A stretch of DNA of 63,112 bases, the filler included, from Dugesia japonica (lineage: Eukaryota): the NCBI GenBank assembly GCA_001938525.1. It is 5 parts of 5 records of this genome, joined end to end, with 100 filler letters (N's around TTAATTAATTAA, not from the genome) between each part and the next. Parts side by side here need not be neighbours in the genome. Positions count along the whole stretch, not along the records: positions 10,806 to 23,820 come from MQRL01600624.1; 4 more parts are not named here. One strand, given 5' to 3'. Shown piece by piece: positions 11,930-23,920 of this stretch. Each line of letters opens with the position of its first letter. Position 1 is the stretch's first letter. The position numbers and the translations under genes are program-made. Under the pieces are notes generated by a model. It was not told the origin of the DNA, ran no database searches, and saw nothing but the letters and a program-made list of their open reading frames with translations.

Positions 11930-14900
11930 CTAAATATTTAAATTAATTATAAGTTGACTAACTTAAAAATAATTTTTATTTAATAGCATTATTTTAATTA
12001 AAGGAACATAATTTTAAGAAAGCAAGTTTATTTTCAAATTTTAATTTAGCTAAAACAATTATTGAATATTATGAGAAATAAATTTAACAAGAAACAATAA
12101 AAAATATACAAGGCTGTAAAGTCGCAAAATTCTCTTTAAAATTACCTCATCTATAAATTTAGAAAAGAAATTAATACATTTTTTAAAACAAATAAAATTT
12201 TAAAGCATGTATAATTTTTATACTGAATTGATTAATCATTTTAAATTTATAAGTATTTATTTTTATATAAATATGAAAGTTTGATTAGATTAATCATAAT
12301 ACTCTGAATTTTGTTATTTGGTAGATTTTCATTGAAAATGTTTAAAAACTCAGTTTGTTTAAAAAAACGTTTTACACTATTGTAAAGTGATGTTTGTATG
12401 TAGAAAAAGAATGGTTTTATCATATTACAAACTTTGAAAACCTCAGATTTTTATAGCTTATTATAGCTTTAATTTTGAAATTATATTTTCTTAATTAAAA
12501 TTTTAAATTTCAGATGTTCTTCAAATTGGTTAATTTGTATAATTGNTATTTTGTATAAAAAACAAAAAGTTTTTTAAGAATAATTGGTATTTAGAGAAAA
12601 TATTTTTTTAAATGTAGCGTTAACTTACTAAATTATTTTCCTTTAAAAATATATTATGAATTTAATTACCACATTTGTACTGAGACTAAATCTCACATAA
12701 CGCGCAATTAACTCCCGCGTTTTCCCATTTATATTACACTTAATTCCTAATTAAGAATGAACTTTAAATTGCGGAATCAGTCTAACTTCGAAATTCTCTA
12801 ATAGTATTAAATACATTTTGTTGAATTTCCATGAATTTTGGTCTTTTTTTGAATTTCTTGGTTTTGTCACAACTCGAATGCTAAGAGTGTGATTCATGAG
12901 AACCACGGATATTTATGGATGTNTCACATTTGTCTTCAAAGATATCCTAGTGACTCTGCATCTCTTACAGAGTTGACGAAATTCTTTCTGTAGGGTTAGT
13001 GATTAAATCACTAGCTCGTCTTACTATTGCTTAGACATAATAATCCAAAAGTGCTTGGCTCAGTACTTCACTTATCTTTTAATGGGCGCAGAAGTTTAAA
13101 ACTTACGTTAAGCATAAACTAGCTACACATAATTTGAATAATGTTGGGATCCTGAGAGCTTTCACGATGCTTAAACGATCAAGTTATTTATTACATTAAT
13201 ATTTCAATGTACAGACTAAAAAATCAGTTAAAAAATGGCAAACATATGAAATATCCGTCAAAAAAAGATTTTGAATGAAGTCCATGTCTGGTGACTGAAA
13301 ATTCGTAGTAGCATCCGCCATTTCGAAAACAAACAAAATAAGAGTTGTCTTTAAATAGCACTAGAAAATAATCTGTCTTCAACTCAATATGTTTGAAAAT
13401 CTATCTTACTTCTTTCAACAGCTGCTGTTATCACATAAAATTCATGAACTCATATGTATTAATAACTCTATCTGAACTCAACGAAAGATGAATGGTTACT
13501 CAGTAACCCATATTCCTCTCTTAACTTTATACTGGTTAGAACTATATTGCTGATTGGAGATTCATTCATACCTGGAGAACAAACTCTCTGTTTGTAAATG
13601 ATCCTCTTAGCAAGAAAGAAGTTCGTAAATGTCGACTTAGCAAATTTTTATCAGAAGCTCAGATACATATAGTTATCTGGTGTCAATACTCAAATAATTA
13701 CTGCTATAAGAATTTGAATTCTCTGGCTTTCACCATGTTAAATTATTCACAGATAAAATTTATTTTTATTATTTTTAAAGGTAAATTGTGTAAATAAATA
13801 AAGAAAATAGAATAAATTATTGCAAGAAGTGTATACATTATTATAATTATTAGCCGCTGCTTTATTTTTCCTAGTTTTAATCTGTAAATATTTATTAATA
13901 AGTGATAAGTTATAAGTAAATTCAGTGAAAAATTTATTCTATAACAAAATAGTAACATTAAAGCATTTAATTGTCTTAATTATTTTCTTCCTTTTGTTGG
14001 GGTAAAAAACGCCCGCTAAACGGGAGTAAGCTGAAAAATTAAAGCAACGGATAATAAGCACGGGACCACAATAATCACCGNNNNNNNNNNNNNNNNNNNN
14101 NNNNNNNNNNNNNNNNNNNNNNNNNNNNNNNNNNNNNNNNNNNNNNNNNNNNNNNNNNNNNNNNNNNNNNNNNNNNNNNNNNNNNNNNNNNNNNNNNNNN
14201 NNNNNNNNNNNNNNNNNNNNNNNNNNNNNNNNNNNNNNNNNNNNNNNNNNNNNNNNNNNNNNNNNNNNNNNNNNNNNNNNNNNNNNNNNNNNNNNNNNNN
14301 NNNNTGAAATTCGCTGAAAAATCTATTTTATCCGGATAACTTTGCTCCAGGAAATCGGAAAGAATCGGGATAAAAAAATGAAAAGAGCACATTACGGTGC
14401 AACTGAAATTATAAAAAAGAAAAACGTACCACCTTCCAGAAGGGTACCACAAGACTTTTAAGATCCGGCCAATAGAAAACCTGAAATTAAAAATATAACA
14501 AAGACCCAAAAATCATGTGGTCTGATAAAAATAGCTGCCAATAGTAGCACCAAAATTCAGAGAAAATTTTAGAAAATCAGCACGAGAACCAATGGAAGTA
14601 GAAAAAAGCTGATCTAAAAATATCAGCAAATCGGGGCATAGTTGGGGTGTAAGTCAAACCCTATGAAAGGAACCTGCAAATTTAGAATAATATAACTTTT
14701 TGAGAGAATTCAGTAAAACATCTGACTCCTAAACTATAATTTGTGAGGATATTGAATCGAAGTAATCATACAACTTATACTATCCTCGGCCAATCTCAAA
14801 ATCAAACAGTTAGTCAAATCGGAGAAATTACTTTTCCATTTTTAAAAAAATTTCAATTCAGAAACTCCATTACTTTCACGGAAAGGAAAGAAGGAATCAT

Positions 14901-16898
14901 AGTGATCCCTAAACGTTCAGTTCCTCAACAGAATAAAAATAAAACAGAAGTAATTTGTCTCTCCAATAGACTACTCTACATTCGTGCTAATCTTCCGTTG
15001 CAGAAAACCCGTTAATTGAAGTAAAATTTTATTCTAATTCNNNNNNNNNNNNNNNNNNNNNNNNNNNNNNNNNNNNNNNNNNNNNNNNNNNNNNNNNNNN
15101 NNNNNNNNNNNNNNNNNNNNNNNNNNNNNNNNNNNNNNNNNNNNNNNNNNNNNNNNNNNNNNNNCTATTAAGTAAAAGGGATTAATTCCATTTTTAGAAA
15201 TTTTTGATTTCATAATCAATATTGTTTAACAGTTGTTGCAATTAGATTTATAGGTAACTTCCCGGCTATTTTTAGAAATAATTATGTTACCATAAATAGC
15301 CCAACCACAGTAATATTTTAAATGATCTGCCAATGTAGATTTAACATCGATCTATTTTTAGTAATTTTCCCCTCCTGGGCAGTCAACAAATTACCACAAG
15401 TGTAAATTTCTAAGCTATCTAAACAGCCATGTTATCTCAACAATGTATGAAACAGACTGATGTCAATTCCCAGATAAAATATATATAAATGATTCTTTCG
15501 ATTGAATTTAGAAAGAAAAATAACTGTCTATCACACACGGCGTTGCCGGAATTAACAATTAGCGACTTAGTTCCAACTCGGCATAAAATTCGTAAGCTGA
15601 TCAAATCACTCCATGGAAACAGAAACGTAAATCCAGCGGTGAACATCTAATATAATTTAGCTGTCACTCATCACACACGCATGCATGCACCCCGGACACA
15701 CCCACAGTGTGCATCACACATCTACTACCACAATAAAAATAAATCGAGTACAATGTTATGACCTTGAACAGTAACCAGGGGCAACCCAAACCCTCGCAAT
15801 TTAAATAGACATAATTTTGAAAAAATCCACTATGATTAAATTTTCACTCCTAATTCCGATAATCTAATATCATCACAAGTCGTTCAGGCCGGTATCCAGC
15901 AATCGATAATAAATTCATTTTGAATCGCTAAGTAAACAATTACAAGAATTTACCTATATTAGGTATGGGTGTTGCTTATCATTCATCTAACAAATTGAAT
16001 AAAAAAAATGTGGTTTTGGTGGTAGAATATTGCGCACGATAAATCATTTAAAATATGTTTGCTGATTAATATAGCGTAAAATGGTAACAACGTGGCATTC
16101 CATAAATTAGAGCCCAACACTCTAATTTTTCATCATTTTCTGGGATTTTTCGCATGGCTGATTTATAAATAAGATCGAAGCTATTGAATAAAACAATAGA
16201 GAAGTCAATACTGGCATCGGTAACTCTCCAGGAAATTATTGAGTTTAATATATGAGAAATCACCGTTTTGATTTACGCGTTTTTTGGAGGAACTCAATTT
16301 TTAATTATAATTCGTAACGGCTAGGATTTCCGAATTAACTTCTGGAGATAGTTAGGTGATGGGAAAAACATTACCATATTTATTAACTTCCGAATTTTTC
16401 TGCTTAATTTAAAGTAAAATAGGTTCATTTGTTTTGATAGATCATCCAGTCNNNNNNNNNNNNNNNNNNNNNNNNNNNNNNNNNNNNNNNNNNNNNNNNN
16501 NNNNNNNNNNNNNNNNNNNNNNNNNNNNNNNNNNNNNNNCTCTCGCACGGGGTAATCGAACATCCCGACGACACGGATTTAGCGTGTCTCGCAGAAATGT
16601 TTCCTCTACCTACTCCAGTGGATCTTGATGAGGAGTGAACTTACTAGACAAGGAAAACCATTGCTGACCCTAGTTCGCCTGAATAAAATATAATCGTCCT
16701 CGTGACTTATCTGTTGTTTTGAAAATCGGCTCGTAGAGTTGAATTACTATTATAACTATTCGTTGATTTTTTAAAATTTTTTTGTTGTTGTCAAAAAAGT
16801 ACTTGTTATTGTAGACACAGCTAAATGGATCACGTATGGGAACTGCTATGCGATCGCCGCACGGGGCGTACCATATTTAAAAGATATAAGAACCCAGC

Positions 16899-17207
16899 AT
16901 GACCGTAACGCAGGTATCTATAACAGATTATTCTAACATGCCCAGTGAAGATGCAGATAATGAAAGAGAGGTAGTCGCTGCAGAGCGTCAAGCTTTTTAC
17001 CAATGGTTTGGTCCAAATCGTATCCAAGAAGTACTAAATCGGACCACTGGCTTGGATCCAATAGTTAATCAGTCCATTAGTCAGTGGCGGGATGGGCCGT
17101 CATTGTCGCCGGTGTCACTCACCCACCTTCCCAGAGGTACTAGATTCTCTCTAGACATCGGTAACACTCTGTGGGATCTACGAAATCAAGCTAGTGGTGG
17201 CATCTAG
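16899..17207 (+). CDS. Family X ORF1 (hypothetical)
   Basis: Open frame homologous to the decayed 8060-8200 region; candidate acceptor tgtag| at 16814. Confidence 0.4.
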   Translation: MTVTQVSITDYSNMPSEDADNEREVVAAERQAFYQWFGPNRIQEVLNRTTGLDPIVNQSISQWRDGPSLSPVSLTHLPRGTRFSLDIGNTLWDLRNQASGGI

Positions 17208-17624
17208 AAAATGCAGAACCCACTTCCTGACCATCTATGTTACTAGTGTGTCAGTATCATGATTTTCATAATTCGAATACATGTTTGTGTGTCTATTAGA
17301 TATTTTCTTTTANNNNNNNNNNNNNNNNNNNNNNNNNNNNNNNNNNNNNNNNNNNNNNNNNNTGATTTTCATAATTCGAATACATGTTTGTGTGTCTATT
17401 AGATATTTTCTTTTATCGAGGGCTCTTCAGCCGTTACCTATGTACATTTCAATATTTTCATTGTTATGGGCTTTTCTGCCATTACCAAAAGCTTCCCCTT
17501 TTTTGTAGAAACCGACCAACTATGAATATTTAATAAACTATAACAAAAAGAATTAATTAATTATATCTTTTGTTTAGGTTACATAAATTTCTAAATCTTG
17601 CTCGCGTTAATGTGTATCTTTTAG

Positions 17625-17979
17625 TGCATTCTTCATTAAATCGCCTTGCGGCCCTTACCAAGAAAGTGCAAGATAACAGCAAGGAGCGCAAGATGACATG
17701 GGACCTGGATCGATTAGCCAAACGTAAATGGGAGGCGGATACAGCCAACGCCAATAGTAAGGTAAGCCGCTACCGAAGGAAATGTGTGGCTTTCAGAAAA
17801 GAAGTCGAAGGCTCCCATGCACAAGAGAATGAAAGGGGCAAGTGGAGTCACTGGTTGACATGATCCGGTCCTACCAAGACCGAGAAAATAAACTGATGAA
17901 TGACGTTTTGAAGTTGAAGGCTTCCATGCCACTCGAACCGTTAATGGTAGAGAAAAACACTCAGACCCATAAGAATTAA
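17625..17979 (+). pseudogene. Family X ORF2 coiled-coil exon ending in KxTQT (one frameshift near 17835)
   Basis: tttag|TGCATTC acceptor shared with 8606; the C-terminus MPLEPLMVEKNTQTHKN* aligns with MPLQPLLIDKGTQTNRS* (8770-8964). Confidence 0.6.
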
Positions 17980-18112
17980 ACTGAGGGCTCATCTTTGTTA
18001 ATAAATCTTGTAGTTTGAACTGTCTTATCGATTTACTTTTCATTGTTTTCTTTATGTGGGTAGTCATTTGCCAATGTGAAAATTCTATTAACATTAACAT
18101 TAATTTCTTTAG

Positions 18113-18495
18113 TGCCTCGTATCCATCTCCCGAACAGTCTTCGTCGGTGCCACCGCATTATGCAACGACTTCTTATCGAACGGCATTTAAAGCGTAAAGT
18201 AGACCGAACAATGCTTAATCAATTATCGCAGAAGAACAGACTGATAAAAAAGTTAGATCTCATCGTAAAAAAGCAGAACGACCTTGCGACTCAAACAAAG
18301 GCCTTGGAAGCCGAGAATAAGCAATTATTGTTAAGAAAAATCGAGTTCTTAAAACAATATATTGCTGATCTGTCCCGTCGAATAGGTCACCCATCTGTAA
18401 CACAATGGGATGAGGAGGACGACATCGCCGCTTTCAACTTCGCGGTAACGGAACCAGATCAGTGGTTAGATCCTGGGGCGCTAGATCTGCTTTAA
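18113..18495 (+). CDS. Family X ORF3, basic coiled-coil (bZIP-like) exon with acidic tail
   Basis: Intact frame from the tttag|TG acceptor; conserved with 9078-9360; followed by AATAAA. Confidence 0.6.
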
Positions 18496-18754
18496 ATTTT
18501 TTTTTATAAAATAAAATGTCTGTGTTCGAATTTAGAATTTCTTATTTTCAACAGTAACAATAAAGGAAAATCATTGAACCCGAATATAAAGGTTTACTGG
18601 TGCGTACATTCCGTTAAGAGTAAGGTCAACCGCCATAAACTGAAAACCTACCCCAAGGGCGGTAGGGTAAATTTTTGATAGGGTTCCCCTGAGGGCTGTT
18701 TTTTCCCCAGCCATCGTGTTGCGACACTCAACTCAGGTGGGACCCCAACACTTT

Positions 18755-19120
18755 TATTTTAAATTTCTTTCATGATTAATACATAAAACCTTAATGAAAC
18801 TCTTTAAGAAATTTTAACTTGTCCATATTTCTGTAAATAACTCTTTCTTACCTGTTGTATAACCTCTACCTTCTTTCATGGATATTTTCCTTTATCAATT
18901 ATGGGTCATTGTATCTTTCCTTGTTCTTTGACTGTACTTCGTTTTTCACAAATACTTTTTAACAAATTTTGAAGGCATAACGAGTTGAGTATCATTCTAC
19001 ACTGGTCAACCTCTCTTCAACCTCTTCGTGATCGATTCATCGTTCTCTTCAAATCTCTTTACCTTACACCAAGACTACTTAGATAGTTTTAATCGTCTTT
19101 TGATGTGTGGCGTTCATCAT
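18755..19120 (-). mobile_element. Gypsy integrase C-terminal remnant
   Basis: Minus strand MMNATHQKTIK and VKNEVQSKNKERYNDP*LIKENIHERR resemble IKIETRNKSQDKFA*PYQIIERIHERR at ~31700-31780. Confidence 0.55.
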
Positions 19121-20419
19121 GTACTATAATTATAAATTGATAATTAATAATTATTTTAATTTCTCTATTCAAATTACAAGATTTACATGAAATTGTTTTT
19201 CAAATTAAGTGAAATTAATAATTTTTTATAAGTTTTTTCAAGGGAAATCAATGAAAAAGCAATTTTTGTATAAATTAACCATAACTTTCAAATGTTTAGA
19301 TAGTTAAGCTAGGTCTCACTCGGGCTATAGTAACATTAATATTAGAAGCTCTCTGGGCAATATTGTCCCTTAAATTTGTATCTATGTCAATAAAATCCTC
19401 TTCTTTTAGTTTTTATTATCATTAGTTGCTTCACCAAACAATAAGCTCTTCTTCCGAGGAAATAGCTGTTTACTTGAATAATTAGCCACTATAAAATTCC
19501 CGTATAAAATATATTCTCAAGAAAAAAATCATTGTTGATTTTTATGTTTGAGTAAAATTATTAACAATAATATCATTAAAAAGTATTTTCATACATTGCT
19601 TCAATAACAGTTTTGTTTTCATTCAATGCCGTTACATTACCTCATTTGACATGTACAATCAAGCCGCAGGTATTCCATCCATTCACATCCGGTCTAAAAT
19701 TGTAAACGCAGATATTGTTAATATCCAACCGGGTACATTCATAATTGAACCTATCGATTAGATTGCGTAGTTTTCACTAGGCTAAACTCGATTAAAGAAT
19801 GTGCATATCCAATGGCAGAGCTTCCGGCTATTTTGATTTGGTCTCAATTGTACACCAAACAAAAACTAGAACTGTCTTTATCTAATCTATATGTGAGAAA
19901 TAATAAATCAGACACTCTATAAACCCGTTTAACTGTGTACAACATACACAACCCAATAGTCATTAAACACTATAAACGATAAAATTATGTATGTGTCAAC
20001 AAATCAATGAACCTTTTTTGAGAATTTATACACCGATACACACGTGTCTTACATAACCGTTGACATACTACATAATCAATTGCATTGTAATCAAAATAAT
20101 TGTAAAGTCTTATAGTGTTTTATAGGGATTCTATAGGGTATTACAAGATCTTTGCAAGAATGTTTTGAAAAGCGGGTTGAAATTTTTGTGTGTCGTTGGA
20201 AATCTTTTTNNNNNNNNNNNNNNNNNNNNNNNNNNNNNNNNNNNNNNNNNTAAATTTTTGCACAAAAATTAGGAATTAGTTTAATGATTAGTTAATGACT
20301 TTTTTTGTTAATGATAAAAATATTTTAATTAATAAATTAAATAATAAATGGCTATTTACTTAAAACGTCAAAAATATTTTTAATTGAAAATTTAATTATA
20401 TAATAAAAAATTTTATTTT

Positions 20420-21100
20420 AAACCTGAGTTGATGTTGAAAATTTATTAAGAATTTTAAGCCAAAATGTTAAAATTATAATCTATCATATAAAAGTCTAGG
20501 CTAAAGCATAAAACTTAATACTTAATATGCAAAAATTTAAAGCCAACATGTAAACATTTTAAACCAAAACGTAAAAATTATAACTCATAAAATTAAAATG
20601 ACATTCCATCACACAAAATTCTAAGCCAACACATAAAAATAAACAGTCAACTCATAAATATCCTTAGTCATAATGTTAAAATTATAATCCATCAAATTAA
20701 AACTATAATCCATAAGACTAAAATTACATTCCATCACACAAAAATTTTAAGCCTGCAAGTTAAACGTATAAGTAAGACAATCTCAGTGAAGTCAATCTGC
20801 AGAGCAAGAAACAGCACTTGTGGATAGAAAAACTTACCTAAAGAAGAAAATACCACCGTCACCATTTATTGATAAGGCCACATAGACTTGGCCACTTATA
20901 AAGAATTAACAAATTGAGTTGTATTTCGTATGATAAATCAATAAAATCTTTTTACTGATTCACTGTTATTGTTTATGACTATAAATTCTATCACACTAAA
21001 ATTACATTTCATCACACAAAATTATAACATTGAAGATGTGAAAATTGTATTTCATCACATAAAATTATAACACATTACACTAAAATTCATTATTGAAAAA
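20420..21100. repeat. Degenerate A-rich tandem repeats (AAAATTATAAT/CCATCACA-like units)
   Basis: Repeated aaaattataa.ccatca and aaaattacatt.catcacac motifs. Confidence 0.6.
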
Positions 21101-21489
21101 TAAACATTTCAACATGAAAAATACTGGATTCATCTCAGAAAATACAGTATTCATCACAGATTATAAAGCATTCATCTAAGACCTTATACAAACAACACTT
21201 AAAATGTGCAATAATTATGTTTCGCTACTAAAAATTTATTAAATTTGAAATTGTAATTTAATATAAGCTTCATCCTAAAGATGTTTTGAAAAGCGGGTTG
21301 AAATTTTTAAGTGTCGTTGGAAATCTTTTTAACTTACAACTTTTAGAATCCTCGATTTCAAATGACAATACTTCATCATTCTTATTCCATGTTTTTGTTT
21401 TTATGAAAAATGGAGGAGAATATTTTATTGATTAATTATGTTTCCTATTTTTGTAAATATATATTGTTGCAATATATTGCATTATATTT

Positions 21490-22920
21490 ATCTTCTTAAA
21501 AGCGATAGTATTTATGCATCAACCTAATAACTATAAATTTATTTAATAAAACAAGGTGAAAGAGAAACTAAAAATTAATTAAAATAATTTATTTTAATTC
21601 CTATTGGTTGAAATTTTTCCTAATTATTTCTTTAAAACCCTTTTCTTAAGAAACTTTCAAAGTTTTCACATTTCTCATCAATCACTTTCCATTTTCTCTT
21701 TGTACTGCACACGGTGTTTGTGAATTTTCTCAATTATTCAATTAAAACCTAAAAATTTGTCTTGGCTATTATTTCCTTTTTTCTACTTTGATAATCTTCT
21801 ACTTTGAATTCTCTATTAATAATCACTTCTGAAATAGTTTCTTCAGTTCTTTCTGAAACGTCTGACATGTATCATTTTCTCAGCTGATTTTCTTTTAAAA
21901 TACGATCTTAATCGAGCTCTTTCCAATCATCTTCTGCTTAGTTGGGTTTATCGTAAATTCTATTTCCAGTAAAATGTCTGCCAAATCTGTCTTCTTTCTC
22001 TTTTAAAATGTTGTATTAATTAAACCTCGAATTGTCCTGAACAATCACTCAATTTGTCCGTTTGCATTGTAATGATATGGACTTGAAAAGCAAAGTTTAA
22101 TATTCAGCTTCTGTACAAACTCTCTCATAACTTTGGATTCCAAGGCTTTCCCANNNNNNNNNNNNNNNNNNNNNNNNNNNNNNNNNNNNNNNNNCCGCTT
22201 CTCAAAAAAAGCTTTTCGTACTGTTTCTTAGTCTTGTCTACTCAACACTATACGAACCCGATATTTACTGATCTGGTCGATTATTTCAGGAATACATTTT
22301 TTCATCCACTTGTTTCCCGCATTAGCCCATATATTTCTGTGAACATGACTTCGGACAAATTGGTAAATTCTTAATTTAATTATATTCTTTTAATTATATT
22401 CATTGTCTTCTCTTTAATTGCTGTACTCATTACTTTGGTATTCAGACAAACTTCACAACTACGAAGTATTTCCTGTATTGGTCTCCATAGATTCTCTGCA
22501 ATATGTCTGTCTCTTATGTACCCTAACATCTTTTCAACTCCTGCATGACATAATAATGTCGTGTACTTTGTTATCCAGAAATTTTGTTTTCGTGATTAAG
22601 TTTTTTCTTCAGAAATGTTTAATTCTTCTTCTTTTTTCTTTTCTATTGTTTGCAGTACTTTTGTTTTAATTTTTTCTTTCTTAGCATCTTCATGTGACAT
22701 TTGACATTATACACATACCCTACATCTTGGTCTAGATAATATATATGCATTACCATGTAGAATTTCTTTTCCATATTCTAATACCATGTACAAACTACTA
22801 AGATAATTAATCCATTTCTGGAATTGTAATGTAATTGGTTTCTTCGTGGTCATCATGAAACATAAAGCTTTATGATCTGTCATAATAGCAAACTTTCAAC
22901 CGCACAAGTTATTAGATATT
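21490..22920 (-). mobile_element. Gypsy LTR retrotransposon 3' fragment (RNaseH-integrase-PPT-LTR), related to 27930-32045
   Basis: Minus strand encodes SSPYHYNANGQIE and a TEICGL-type integrase core; purine tract aagaaaaggg at ~21640 is followed by LTR-like aagaaataatta...ccaatag. Confidence 0.75.
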
Positions 22921-23820
22921 TTAAGATAACTAAGTGGCAGGAATTCAATCCAAATCTAATACAAAACTTAAGATAATCAAATTAATTAACTTTGATATAA
23001 GATCGTAGTAGGATTTTCTCCAAAATCTAATATCAAACTGATCAATACACGGTATATTTTTAGAAAGGTCTGAACACCCACTTGATTTTAAACTTATTTT
23101 AATACTTTTTATTAATTTGATTCCCAATTCGCGGCACCAAATTTGTTGAGTATTTCTACTCAACAAAGAGATGTTATGGTTNGTATTTGAAACTATTGTA
23201 AAAGATATAGGTAACTAATTTTACGGGTGTTTGATCTTAATTGATTTTCTTGTATGTCAATACGATATTTGATAAGCGATATTTTATTAAAGTATGAGTA
23301 TAGTTATATAGTGTATGAAATCCTATATAAATAATTAAATAACAACCTTTCAATAATATTTTATTTTTGANNNNNNNNNNNNNNNNNNNNNNNNNNNNNN
23401 NNNNNNNNNNNNNNNNNNNNTTTATTAATTTGATTCCCAATTCGCGGCACCAAATTTGTTGAGTATTTCTACTCAACAAAGAGATGTTATGGTTTGTATT
23501 TGAAACTATTGTAAAAGATATAGGTAACTAATTTTACGGGTGTTTGATCTTAATTGATTTTCTTGTATGTCAATACGATATTTGATAAGCGATATTTTAT
23601 TAAAGTATNAGTATAGTTATATAGTGTATGAAATCCTATATAAATAATTAAATAACAACCTTTCAATAATATTTTATTTTTGATGTATAAACAAATATCA
23701 AAGACGTATAATACAATCTTATAGGCAGAATTGAAATTAAATGAACTACTGCCGCTCTGAGAGATTGGAGTGTTCAATAATTTTGAAGTCTGTTTAACAC
23801 TAAAAAACGATCAGTATATA

Positions 23821-23920
23821 NNNNNNNNNNNNNNNNNNNNNNNNNNNNNNNNNNNNNNNNNNNNTTAATTAATTAANNNNNNNNNNNNNNNNNNNNNNNN
23901 NNNNNNNNNNNNNNNNNNNN
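23821..23920. other. Artificial contig-joining spacer
   Basis: N44-TTAATTAATTAA-N44. Confidence 0.97.

Larger units (their letters stand above)
13995..18750 (+). mobile_element. 4.76-kb TG...CA element (family X), probable giant solo LTR, with 4-bp TSD CTTT
   Basis: Starts TGTTGGGGT (13995) and ends ACCCCAACA (18750), a 9-bp terminal inverted repeat; CTTT at 13991-13994 and 18751-18754; no RT or transposase motifs seen; AATAAA at ~18510. Confidence 0.8.

Noticed and set aside
12700-13740. Coding-like decayed sequence (also 19300-19900, 48590-49330, 57360-57760)
   Set aside because: Probably TE remnants, but no diagnostic motif could be read.
23100-23682. ~310-bp tandem duplication (likewise 17259-17312 / 17363-17415)
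   Set aside because: Near-identical copies flank an N gap, typical of unmerged contig overlaps.
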